A stretch of DNA of 64,000 nucleotides from Bacteroidales bacterium (GCA_023251515.1 JAHEYQ010000001.1:74785-138784), one strand, 5' to 3'; numbered from the stretch's first letter, positions 7,526-15,567 are shown. A program made the numbers and translations. The notes: generated by a model not told the origin, from the sequence alone.

Positions 7526-7733
7526 TTGTCAAATTTGTTAAGTTTTTACATGTTTTACAACGTATAAATTTGCGTACTATTGTATTTTTATCTACAATTA
7601 AAATAGCCGAACGTCTGCCAATTGCATGCTCACAATTTAAACGGCAGCGTATCATTTTAAAATTTAATTCTTTGCACAGCATTTCTGCCATTGCAGTCAT
7701 TTCGCTTCTTGTATCAAAACATTTAGAATCCAT
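7512..7733 (-). CDS. Small Cys-rich (zinc-ribbon-like) protein
   Basis: 73 aa with IRCRLNCEH ... IRCKTCKNL, i.e. two Cys pairs. Confidence 0.4.
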   Translation of the reverse strand: MDSKCFDTRSEMTAMAEMLCKELNFKMIRCRLNCEHAIGRRSAILIVDKNTIVRKFIRCKTCKNLTNLTNGKI

Positions 7734-7735
7734 AA

Positions 7736-8269
7736 TTAAGCCCTCCCCATTAGTTTGTTAGTAATACTCATACGAAGTGCTTTATCTTCTATCTGGCATA
7801 CATCAGCCAGCAAATCTACAAGCCTGTCCTGTGTTATCCGGTTATGATTACGCTTTGCCGGCAATCGGTGGCTGAGCGGAGTCGAGGCAACATCACCAAA
7901 CAAATTCATTTGTTCATCAAGCTTAATTATTAGCTCTTCTGCCCAATCTCTGAATAATTTGGCTCTTTCGCTTTTAATAAAGAAACCTAAACGGACTATT
8001 CCACGTTTTGTCCAAAAGATTTTGTGTGGTTGTGCATTTTTAAGGGTGTGAGAAAAACTCACACCTTTAACAAAGTGCTTACCTTCAATTAACTCATGAG
8101 AATGATCTAATTTACTTCTCCTAATAACATACTCAGAAGTATCGTATCCATTTGCTACTTCTTTCGTACTCATTAAAAATTCATGTTCTGAATTCGGAAT
8201 TATTGAAACGGTAATTCCTTCCGTTACTGTAAGACTTATTGCCTTACTTTCATTCTTTTGGTTTAGCAT
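7736..8269 (-). CDS. Bro-N / KilA-N-like DNA-binding (antirepressor-like) protein
   Basis: 177 aa. IFWTKRGIVRLGFFIKSERAKLFRDWAEELI resembles the Bro-N motif (t.rG.y.L...S+...A..F+.Wv). Confidence 0.5.
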   Translation of the reverse strand: MLNQKNESKAISLTVTEGITVSIIPNSEHEFLMSTKEVANGYDTSEYVIRRSKLDHSHELIEGKHFVKGVSFSHTLKNAQPHKIFWTKRGIVRLGFFIKSERAKLFRDWAEELIIKLDEQMNLFGDVASTPLSHRLPAKRNHNRITQDRLVDLLADVCQIEDKALRMSITNKLMGRA

Positions 8270-8280
8270 TTTTAAAGAAT

Positions 8281-8362
8281 TTAAGTAAATAAAAATCCCG
8301 TGTGCTGCTAAACCACTACATGCAGGGCATGAGAAATTACCGGACTACGGCACACACGGGAT
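8281..8362 (-). promoter_or_regulatory. Structured leader with terminator-like hairpin and U-run, ending 12 nt before the Bro-N-like gene (attenuator or small RNA 3' end)
   Basis: The outer stem is ATCCCGTGTG (8295-8304) paired with CACACGGGAT (8353-8362), enclosing an inner hairpin CATGCAGGGCATG (8319-8331). On the - strand it is followed by TTTTTATTT. Confidence 0.4.
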
Positions 8363-8418
8363 ATACTTTTAAATTTCTGTGAAATTTACCCTGTGGAATA
8401 TGTAATGATTTAGCAAGG

Positions 8419-8426
8419 CAAAAGTA
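8419..8426 (-). promoter_or_regulatory. -7 promoter box TACTTTTG
   Basis: The forward strand reads caaaagta. It would start a transcript about 50 nt upstream of the structured hairpin. Confidence 0.3.
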
Positions 8427-8528
8427 CAACAAATTTTAATTAAAAAAACAAAGAACAAAAAAATTATTAACAAGGGATGGTTAATTATTGGTTGCTGATC
8501 TTAGGTAGCTGAGCGAAGTCGAAGCGGT

Positions 8529-8762
8529 CTAAGCATCATCAAACATCTTCAATTGATTTGGATTTTCAAATTCGTCATTATCTTCTTCAATTCGTCCGGA
8601 GTTTTTAAGCTAATTATAAAAAGTAGCTTCGCATATTCTGAATTCAGGATAGATATAAGTATTATAAATATAGATATTAGTAGCACCACCGGGTGCATAC
8701 TTATCGTATATCGCAATAATACGTCTAAGCCTGTGCATATAGCTGTTACCACTTTTTTTCAT
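8529..8762 (-). pseudogene. Small early gene interrupted by an in-frame TAG (50 codons, TAG at 8610-8612, then 26 more sense codons)
   Basis: My translation is MKKSGNSYMHRLRRIIAIYDKYAPGGATNIYIYNTYIYPEFRICEATFYN*LKNSGRIEEDNDEFENPNQLKMFDDA*. The ATG overlaps the upstream TGA (ATGA). It resembles the 63-aa ORF at 13683-13874, where a Tyr aligns with the stop (TFSTYLG). Confidence 0.35.
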
Positions 8763-9085
8763 AAACTCACAGTTTGTTCATCAATATTTAATAATATGGT
8801 CCGGTAAACCAATAATTCATAGCTGTAATTATCCTTCATCATATTTTCTACTTTATAAAACTGCATTTGCTGTATTGCCAAACATTCTGCAAGCGATAGA
8901 GAAAACGAATTGCTGTCTTTTATCAGATATATTTTCTGCTGAAGCTTCAGAAATATTTTAAATAACTCTCCATGCATAAAATTACCCATAAGCCCTTTTT
9001 TGGGGATTAACGGAGTGCCAACCTCAATAAACAGAAAAAAAGCCCTAAGCTGAGCAGAACTAAGTTTTAAACTAACTTTTTTCAT
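8759..9085 (-). CDS. Hypothetical phage early protein
   Basis: 108 aa, in the co-directional overlapping operon. No motif recognised. Confidence 0.4.
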   Translation of the reverse strand: MKKVSLKLSSAQLRAFFLFIEVGTPLIPKKGLMGNFMHGELFKIFLKLQQKIYLIKDSNSFSLSLAECLAIQQMQFYKVENMMKDNYSYELLVYRTILLNIDEQTVSL

Positions 9086-9281
9086 TCTTTTTACTTTTTA
9101 GATATTCGACAAATTCCGTCCATCTGGCTGGCGACATGGTAATATGTACCATTTCGCCTTCAAATTCAATTTTCTGATTTATTAACTCATTTTCCAATGC
9201 AGTAAAAAAAGCCTTAGAGTCTTCCGAAACTTCGCAATCCTGCATATTATAATAGTTCTTAAAAAATTCTATTGCTTTCAT
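9072..9281 (-). CDS. Hypothetical phage early protein
   Basis: 69 aa. It overlaps the downstream ORF by 14 nt. Confidence 0.4.
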   Translation of the reverse strand: MKAIEFFKNYYNMQDCEVSEDSKAFFTALENELINQKIEFEGEMVHITMSPARWTEFVEYLKSKKNEKS

Positions 9282-9283
9282 AA

Positions 9284-9700
9284 TTAATTATTCCACAATT
9301 CTGCATTCAAATAAGTTTCAGCGTATTTTTTACGAGTATTACCAAGCCCTGTAAAATACATGCTTATAAAATTATAGGCTTTTAGCCTGTCGGCATCGCT
9401 CATTTTATTCCACTTCAGCAGTGTCTTTTTGCGTGAGCTCATTTGCTTGTCGTCATATTTATTCCAGAAGGCATCAAAGCTTATTTCCTGTTTTATTTCT
9501 GTAAGAACGGCAGTGCCCGAACCCTTAATCACATTTTCAAGTTCTGACTGTTCACGTGGCATTTGTTTTAATAGCCAAATTTGCTGCATTTCGCTTAATT
9601 GTGCCTCTTTTGTGCTAAACTCGGTAAGTAATCCCAGTTCGTTAAAATAGATGTCCACAAAGCCCTCAAATGCCGTTGATGTTAATTGATAGTGTTTCAT
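9284..9700 (-). CDS. Hypothetical phage early protein
   Basis: 138 aa. The C-terminal FWNKYDDKQ...KWNKMSDADRLKAY pattern is seen in small phage replication-associated proteins. Tentative. Confidence 0.45.
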   Translation of the reverse strand: MKHYQLTSTAFEGFVDIYFNELGLLTEFSTKEAQLSEMQQIWLLKQMPREQSELENVIKGSGTAVLTEIKQEISFDAFWNKYDDKQMSSRKKTLLKWNKMSDADRLKAYNFISMYFTGLGNTRKKYAETYLNAELWNN

Positions 9701-9996
9701 TTTGCAAATCCTTTTAAAAAGTCCTCAATCGGATTATTTATTACTTTTTCTACCTTATGAAAAACAATTTTATTTTTCACAAAAGCTTTTGCCTGTTCTT
9801 CATTAAAAGCCCTAACGGTAGTTTTCATTTTCTTCCCGAAAATCTCAAAATAAACTGTGTATTCTTTCATAGCATTATTATTTGTTGTCTCCATACTTTT
9901 TAACCAAGCCTCTTCACTTCCGGCTTCTTCTATCATATCATGTATTTTGTCAACTATATTACTCATATTTTTTTTAACTTTAAGTATTTTAGACAC
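9697..9996 (-). CDS. Hypothetical phage early protein
   Basis: 99 aa, with a 4-nt overlap with the downstream gene. Confidence 0.4.
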   Translation of the reverse strand: MSKILKVKKNMSNIVDKIHDMIEEAGSEEAWLKSMETTNNNAMKEYTVYFEIFGKKMKTTVRAFNEEQAKAFVKNKIVFHKVEKVINNPIEDFLKGFAK

Positions 9997-10005
9997 TTTA
10001 AGTAC

Positions 10006-10278
10006 TTAGTTTATCGGATAAACATCCTCTTTTTTTACTCTGATCATATTACTCACCCCATCCGAAGCTTTGTAGCTAATCAAAACTGTGTAAGCATGCA
10101 CATTCTCAATTTTGCCATTAACACGATCAACATTCCACAAATAGAAGTAACATTGATCGCCAGCTTTCATATTTTTTTTAAAGTTTTTGTATCGGTATTC
10201 TCTAAGAATACACCAAAATACAAACAGCATTATTATAATGCCTGCTATTATTGCTATTGTTATTAAAAATTTATCCAT
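10006..10278 (-). CDS. Small membrane-anchored protein
   Basis: 90 aa with an N-terminal TM helix (ITIAIIAGIIIMLFVFWCIL). Confidence 0.4.
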   Translation of the reverse strand: MDKFLITIAIIAGIIIMLFVFWCILREYRYKNFKKNMKAGDQCYFYLWNVDRVNGKIENVHAYTVLISYKASDGVSNMIRVKKEDVYPIN

Positions 10279-10279
10279 G

Positions 10280-10882
10280 TTATTGATTTTTTTCGGTTAA
10301 TAAATTGCCTGAGTTAAGTGATTCCATAATCTGCTTTTCATCCTGATTTATGAAATTATAAAGTATATCGCTGATTTTTTCAATACCTTCCTGTGCTTTT
10401 TTTAAGGTTTCTAAAGCTTTATCTGTAAATGGAATAAGTTTTCCTCTTACGCTATATAAAGTTCCGTGTTTTTCATATCCTTCATCAGTTTTTCTGGTAT
10501 CGTACCAAGTAACAACTCCGGTACTTGATGTTTCTCTTATATATACTTTAAATGTAAACATAATAGCATCATTTCCGAATAACTCTTGCAAAGTATATTC
10601 AGAAGATTTATCCATAAATTTATGATAGCATCCAGCAGCTTTAAATTCAATCAAAATAAATAAATCTGTTACTTTTTTAGCTTCTCTATATGCATGATGT
10701 TTTTCGTTGATTTCTGAAGTTATTTCACTAAGCTTTTTAGCATAATATTTATTGCATTTTAAACCCAACGCATTAACTACTTTCCAATGTAACTCACAGC
10801 TGAATTCACCAGATTTGTTTACATTTATATTTGAGGTGAATTCTTCACCATCTATTACGAATTTTAATGTATCTACTTTCAT
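10280..10882 (-). CDS. Hypothetical phage early protein
   Basis: 200 aa, with a 4-nt overlap with the upstream ORF. Confidence 0.45.
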   Translation of the reverse strand: MKVDTLKFVIDGEEFTSNINVNKSGEFSCELHWKVVNALGLKCNKYYAKKLSEITSEINEKHHAYREAKKVTDLFILIEFKAAGCYHKFMDKSSEYTLQELFGNDAIMFTFKVYIRETSSTGVVTWYDTRKTDEGYEKHGTLYSVRGKLIPFTDKALETLKKAQEGIEKISDILYNFINQDEKQIMESLNSGNLLTEKNQ

Positions 10883-11415
10883 ACTATTGATACTTGAAGT
10901 GTGTAACCATATTCTTTATTTAATCTAAGGCAGGCTTGAGAACTTACAAGCTTATCAGAATCGGTATGACTTATTTGTTTTTCCTTTTTGTTCAATAAAA
11001 AGTCTTCATTTCTAACCTTTCTAAAAAGGCGATACTTTTTGTTTTTGCCTGAAGCTGGAAACAACTCAGTAACATCATCACCCGAAGCTACCAATTCGCC
11101 AAGCAGTATTTTATAATCACCCGGAAAAACTTCAAATGTAAGCCCATTGCTAAACTCGTGTGTTTTATTTTCTTTTATTTTTTCAATGCTTTCAAACTTA
11201 AATAATTTAAATGGGCGTTTGCCATATCCATTTACAAACAACACATAATGAAAGTAATAAAACTCATCAAAGTAGTAATTACAAATACGGCTTTTTATCC
11301 AATAACTGTATTTTCTCAGTTCAAAAGGCTTTTCTTCAGTTCCGGTTATTTCAAAAGCTTTCTTATTTAAAGTTAGCCTTAGTATGTTTTTGTTTTTCAG
11401 ATCATTTTTATTCAT
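10879..11415 (-). CDS. Hypothetical phage early protein
   Basis: 178 aa. There is a weak resemblance to ASCH-type domains, not asserted. Confidence 0.4.
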   Translation of the reverse strand: MNKNDLKNKNILRLTLNKKAFEITGTEEKPFELRKYSYWIKSRICNYYFDEFYYFHYVLFVNGYGKRPFKLFKFESIEKIKENKTHEFSNGLTFEVFPGDYKILLGELVASGDDVTELFPASGKNKKYRLFRKVRNEDFLLNKKEKQISHTDSDKLVSSQACLRLNKEYGYTLQVSIV

Positions 11416-11432
11416 AACTCAGATTTTTTTAA

Positions 11433-11463
11433 GTGATAGGATGACTCCGAGTCATCCTATCAC
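11433..11463. repeat. 31-nt perfect palindrome GTGATAGGATGACTCCGAGTCATCCTATCAC
   Basis: Two 15-nt arms around a single central base, intergenic within the early operon. There is no adjacent U-run on the - strand. Confidence 0.6.
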
Positions 11464-11474
11464 TGCATTAATAA

Positions 11475-11720
11475 CTAACTAATAACTGGCCAATTCCATT
11501 CGCCTTCAGAATCACCTTGTTTTATGGATGTTTTCCATAAATCAGGTTCACCGTCGCATATTACTTTTAAATTCACAAGACCTATGTCTTCATTCCATGT
11601 ATTTACAATAACTGCTGGTAAATCGAATACTACATTACATGCCGGGTGTTTACCCATTTTTTCACGATCTTCAGGAGTAGTTTTATAGATAACTGTTCTT
11701 CCTATTGTTGCTTTTGTCAT
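11475..11720 (-). CDS. Hypothetical phage early protein
   Basis: 81 aa with a small beta-rich look. No family asserted. Confidence 0.45.
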   Translation of the reverse strand: MTKATIGRTVIYKTTPEDREKMGKHPACNVVFDLPAVIVNTWNEDIGLVNLKVICDGEPDLWKTSIKQGDSEGEWNWPVIS

Positions 11721-11757
11721 ATTATTTATGTAGATTTTTTAAGCCTGTCCAAGGCAT

Positions 11758-12372
11758 TTATATTGATGAAAAATTTAAATTGATAAATTGATAACTACCA
11801 TCAGCATTACGTTCGTAAATTTTAAAATACTTAGTTGATGATGGACGTCTGATTGATGACTCTAACAGATTTAAAGCTTCCTGAAAATCTTCATGCTCTA
11901 TATCTTTACGGTATCTTGTCAGATTAATAACTTTGTTGGCATCAAGCTTACCTTTTGAAGTTGCAAAAGCATTCTGAACAATACTCTTAATAAAAATTTC
12001 ATTTGATGTAAGCGTTTTGTCGATGTATGCAAATAGCTTTTCTTTACACATTTGGATCAGAATGTCATCAAAAACAATTCTATCCGAAATACTTACTTCA
12101 ATTTTTACACTACGGTCAAAATTAAACCATGTGTAATTACCCTTTTCAGTTGGTTTTCTGCCTTTAAAACTCTTTGCCGTAGCTTCAATTACCGAATTTG
12201 AAATTTCGTCTATCAAAAGCTTATAAGCATTCATTCTTTTGCTTATGAAAATAGCTTCTTTAAGCAATTTTGCAGCTCCTTGTTCTGCAAGTTTAAGATG
12301 TTTTCCTACATGAATGGCAGGAACTTTATGCCCCTGTTCATCAATCCATTCCTTTTCTTTTGTTTGATTCAT
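11758..12372 (-). CDS. DUF3164-like protein (conserved in Mu-like prophages)
   Basis: 204 aa. WIDEQGHKVPAIHV...KPTEKGNYTWFNFDRSVKIEV matches my recollection of the DUF3164 pattern (W.d..G..vP...kGN.t..sfDg...v.v). Confidence 0.5.
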   Translation of the reverse strand: MNQTKEKEWIDEQGHKVPAIHVGKHLKLAEQGAAKLLKEAIFISKRMNAYKLLIDEISNSVIEATAKSFKGRKPTEKGNYTWFNFDRSVKIEVSISDRIVFDDILIQMCKEKLFAYIDKTLTSNEIFIKSIVQNAFATSKGKLDANKVINLTRYRKDIEHEDFQEALNLLESSIRRPSSTKYFKIYERNADGSYQFINLNFSSI

Positions 12373-12380
12373 TTTGTTTA

Positions 12381-13424
12381 CTATTGTTCGTTTTTAAAAT
12401 ATAATTTGTAATAATTCATTCCAAGTTCATCATCCTTACCTTTTTCAATCAGCTTGTTATCGCCATGCAGGTAAATATGAAAATTTTTATCCAGTTTAAG
12501 CACTCTTTTAAAGCTTTTTGAAACCTGTTTAACTGCTACATCATTCAGGTCAAATGTATCAGGAATAGTAACTTCGTTTATTTCCTCATAGAAAGATTTA
12601 AAGTTTTTGAATTCTTCAATAATTTCAGGTTGCTCAAATACATCGTTTGCAAATGCTTCAGATTCGTAGTTTAAATCATCTTTTACAAAACCTTGAATTT
12701 TGTTTAAAATACCAGCCTGGTCTTTGGCTTCAACTTCAAACTTAGTTGGCAGGTATTCAAAAACGAAATTTTTACACATATTCAATAAATTGCGTGTGTG
12801 TAGATAATCGTTTTCAAATAAATTAAGCATAAGAAATTCGTTAATCCAGTAACCGTTGTCTTTAGTGTTGTTTTCATAAACAGCCACTTTATAACCGCTA
12901 TCTTTATGCAGATTCAAAATAATAGCTCCTTTGCTTATTGCAGTATAATATCGGAAAGCATTTGCTTTGGATAAACCTGCAAATAAATCAAAATCATAAC
13001 ACATTTCACGGGTATCAGTTTTAAAAATACCTATAGCATCACATTGCTCACCATCACACATTACACCCTCAAAAAATACTACATGCAATTCACCTGAGCG
13101 AATTTTCGGGTGATTACTTACATCATATAAATGACGTGCAAAATTTTCAGAATAATCAATGAAATCAAGTTTATTAAAATTCCATGATAAAATTGATTCT
13201 ACAGCTGAATAAATAAGATTCAATCTGATATCACCGCCATCATGCTTAAACTGGTAATACATTTCCGATTTAAAGTTTTTTACATAAAAAGGCAATAAAT
13301 GATCATGATTACAAATACCAAAATCTATTAGATCATCTGAAATCATTACATTTTCATCATTTAATTTGTTGCCTATACCGTGTACGACAACTGCTTTCAT
13401 TTTTGCGAAATCAAAATTTAACAT
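12381..13424 (-). CDS. Nucleoid-associated protein NdpA/YejK-like (tentative)
   Basis: 347 aa with an N-terminal KAVVVHGIGNK...ISDDL pattern. The size fits. Confidence 0.35.
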   Translation of the reverse strand: MLNFDFAKMKAVVVHGIGNKLNDENVMISDDLIDFGICNHDHLLPFYVKNFKSEMYYQFKHDGGDIRLNLIYSAVESILSWNFNKLDFIDYSENFARHLYDVSNHPKIRSGELHVVFFEGVMCDGEQCDAIGIFKTDTREMCYDFDLFAGLSKANAFRYYTAISKGAIILNLHKDSGYKVAVYENNTKDNGYWINEFLMLNLFENDYLHTRNLLNMCKNFVFEYLPTKFEVEAKDQAGILNKIQGFVKDDLNYESEAFANDVFEQPEIIEEFKNFKSFYEEINEVTIPDTFDLNDVAVKQVSKSFKRVLKLDKNFHIYLHGDNKLIEKGKDDELGMNYYKLYFKNEQ

Positions 13425-13454
13425 AACTTTCTGTTTTTTAAATTAATACTATGT

Positions 13455-13679
13455 TTATTGTTTGTTCTCAGCCATTTTGCTGAGTAAAATTTTCTGATTA
13501 AAATTTGCTTCTCCATATTCTTCTACAGTTCTATGCATTGTGTTAATTGCTACATCTACATTTCTTGAAGTTCTGTTTTTTTTAATCCATTCTCTGTATC
13601 TGCATATTCTTGCATACAGTTTTAAAATTTTTGTATTTAATAAAATTGATTGATTTACTGTATCTAATATATTTTCCAT
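13455..13679 (-). CDS. Hypothetical phage early protein
   Basis: 74 aa ORF in the operon. Confidence 0.4.
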   Translation of the reverse strand: MENILDTVNQSILLNTKILKLYARICRYREWIKKNRTSRNVDVAINTMHRTVEEYGEANFNQKILLSKMAENKQ

Positions 13680-13682
13680 TGT

Positions 13683-13874
13683 CTAAATTTCTTTAAGTTC
13701 TTTTTTTGCTGATATTCCTAAGTATGTGCTAAATGTGCGTTTGCTCATTGGGTAAACTGGCTGTATAAAGGTTCTGAAAATATAAGCATCCGAAATGCCC
13801 GGTTTTTTATGTACAGAATACAACTCCTGTACACACAATACCCGCAATAAGTAATTCTTAGAATGCTTAGCCAT
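13683..13874 (-). CDS. Small HTH-like early protein (intact paralogue-like relative of 8529-8762)
   Basis: 63 aa. YIFRTFIQPVYPMSKRTFSTYLG parallels YIYNTYIYPEFRICEATFYN*LK. Confidence 0.4.
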   Translation of the reverse strand: MAKHSKNYLLRVLCVQELYSVHKKPGISDAYIFRTFIQPVYPMSKRTFSTYLGISAKKELKEI

Positions 13875-13876
13875 GT

Positions 13877-14125
13877 TTATTTTATAAAATCAGATGAATA
13901 ATAAGTTCGTGCCTGTGGCAGTTCAGCATCACTCTCACTGATGCTTTTCTTAATTTTTAATCGGTAAAGTTTTACAGTCAATTGTTTGTAATATTCCCAT
14001 TGTTTACCAAATATTGGAAAAGTACCGTCGATAAAGCAGTTTAGCAAAGCCAAAATTTCAGCACGTGTATCATCTATCTCCCTATCGAGCTGCGATACGT
14101 ATTTTGTTTTCTCACTTTTTACCAT
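13877..14125 (-). CDS. Hypothetical phage early protein
   Basis: 82 aa ORF that overlaps the upstream ORF by 14 nt. Confidence 0.4.
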   Translation of the reverse strand: MVKSEKTKYVSQLDREIDDTRAEILALLNCFIDGTFPIFGKQWEYYKQLTVKLYRLKIKKSISESDAELPQARTYYSSDFIK

Positions 14126-14558
14126 CTTTCAAAGCTTTAATAGTGAAGTCCGGGTTTTGCTCTTTATTTTTAAAGAACCAGGGCATAAATCTTTTATTAA
14201 TTATAGATACCATTTCGGTAAGCTCAGATTTCGTTAAGCTGTTGAATTGTTTTTTGTGGATATAATTGAGGCTAAACCAGTATATAAAATGCATGTCAGC
14301 CTTTCCTTTATCGTCCACAGCCCACATTTCAATCATGCCCGATATTACTTTTTTGCGTAGTTTGTCAAGCTCATCATAGCCTTTATCGTTAAGCTCTAAT
14401 GATTTTATTAACTGCATCGCCTCACGGTATTCCATTTGGCTGCTGTGAGTAGTGCGGTGCTCAGTGTAGTTTTCTACTAGCTCTTCCTTCATATCGTTAA
14501 TATGAAGCTTATTTAAAAGCTGGTGCAAACGGCGATTTTGTGCAGGTGTAATTAGCAT
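14112..14558 (-). CDS. GemA / Mu gp16-like protein (DUF1018)
   Basis: 148 aa. ITPAQNRRLHQLLNKLHINDMKEELVENYTEHRTTHSSQMEYREAMQLIKSLE fits the DUF1018 pattern. Confidence 0.5.
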   Translation of the reverse strand: MLITPAQNRRLHQLLNKLHINDMKEELVENYTEHRTTHSSQMEYREAMQLIKSLELNDKGYDELDKLRKKVISGMIEMWAVDDKGKADMHFIYWFSLNYIHKKQFNSLTKSELTEMVSIINKRFMPWFFKNKEQNPDFTIKALKDGKK

Positions 14559-14896
14559 AACTCAGCCTCCTGTGTAATTTTGTGTGCCATTTCTTTGTAA
14601 GTTTCCTCAAAAAGAGAATCGGCAGGATAAACCAGCGTTCCGGCAGGTGTATGGTTGTCAAACCATTCAATTTTTGTAATTCCCGAAGCCAATAATCTCA
14701 TATCAGCCAGCTGGAACTGATTGTGCCACCATGCCCAGTATTTTTTGTTGTATGAAATTACCCGGAGGATATATTCCATATCTTCAATTACGAATTCGAT
14801 AAAATGAACACCGCTGTTAAATACTTCCTGATCGTATTCAAACTCAGATATACCTAACTGAGTGCAAACTGCTTGTTTTATTTCAGATGCTTTCAT
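14552..14896 (-). CDS. Hypothetical phage early protein
   Basis: 114 aa ORF with a 7-nt overlap with the gemA-like gene. Confidence 0.4.
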   Translation of the reverse strand: MKASEIKQAVCTQLGISEFEYDQEVFNSGVHFIEFVIEDMEYILRVISYNKKYWAWWHNQFQLADMRLLASGITKIEWFDNHTPAGTLVYPADSLFEETYKEMAHKITQEAELC

Positions 14897-14901
14897 ATTA
14901 A

Positions 14902-15543
14902 TTAATTATTTTTTTCATTTTTAAAACCCCAGTATTCCAATGCACCTTGCTGGTAAATTACAAACTCTTTTTCGCCACCAAAACGGCTCATCGGGAAAGC
15001 CTTGTAACCTTCGCAATGCACCTTTACATCAGCATCAAAGCGGATGCTTCCTGCTGTAGCTCCTTTAGGTTCTGAGCCTTTTGACTGGCTAATGATTATT
15101 ATCATTTTTCCGTGCAATTCACGTTTAAAATCAATATATTCATTGTAATTCATACGGCTATACTGTATAGAATCTATTATCAGCACGTCAGGCGATTTGT
15201 GAGCTTTGTAGCGTTTTATGTTATCGGAAATAGGTTCTCTGTCTAATAATATAAAACCTCTCACGGTATCAAGTTCAGCATTGCGTATTGCATTGGCAAA
15301 ACTCAAACTATCGCCCTGCTCTAATGAGTTATATCCGCAACGGTAACCAAGCTCACACATATATTTAGCAATAGCGAGTGCCAGAGAAGTTTTGCCACTG
15401 CCAGAGTCGCCCCATAGCAGCCATATACTTCCAAGTTCGGGAGCTCCGAATGAATTCAGAAAATCTCCTGAGAATGGAAGTACTTCTCTTTTTTTATTGA
15501 GAACTTCAAAAACCGATTTTGCTCTTTGTAATTTTAATCCCAC
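14902..15543 (-). CDS. RecA-fold P-loop ATPase (KaiC/DnaB-C-like)
   Basis: 213 aa with Walker A GDSGSGKTSLAL and Walker B VLIIDSIQ. Confidence 0.6.
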   Translation of the reverse strand: MGLKLQRAKSVFEVLNKKREVLPFSGDFLNSFGAPELGSIWLLWGDSGSGKTSLALAIAKYMCELGYRCGYNSLEQGDSLSFANAIRNAELDTVRGFILLDREPISDNIKRYKAHKSPDVLIIDSIQYSRMNYNEYIDFKRELHGKMIIIISQSKGSEPKGATAGSIRFDADVKVHCEGYKAFPMSRFGGEKEFVIYQQGALEYWGFKNEKNN

Positions 15544-15567
15544 TGTTTAAAAGTGTTTAAATACTGT

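Noticed and set aside
8295-8362. tRNA or tRNA-like gene in the G+C-rich hairpin
   Set aside because: It is 68 nt long with a closing stem, but it has no GTTCRA T-loop, no 7-nt anticodon loop (the inner loop is 3 nt) and no D-arm geometry.
8549-8807. Tracked ORFs 8549..8752 (-) and 8553..8807 (+)
   Set aside because: Both translate to hydrophobic, low-complexity junk and overlap each other. A different - strand frame gives a protein-like product homologous to 13683-13874, reported as the TAG-interrupted gene.
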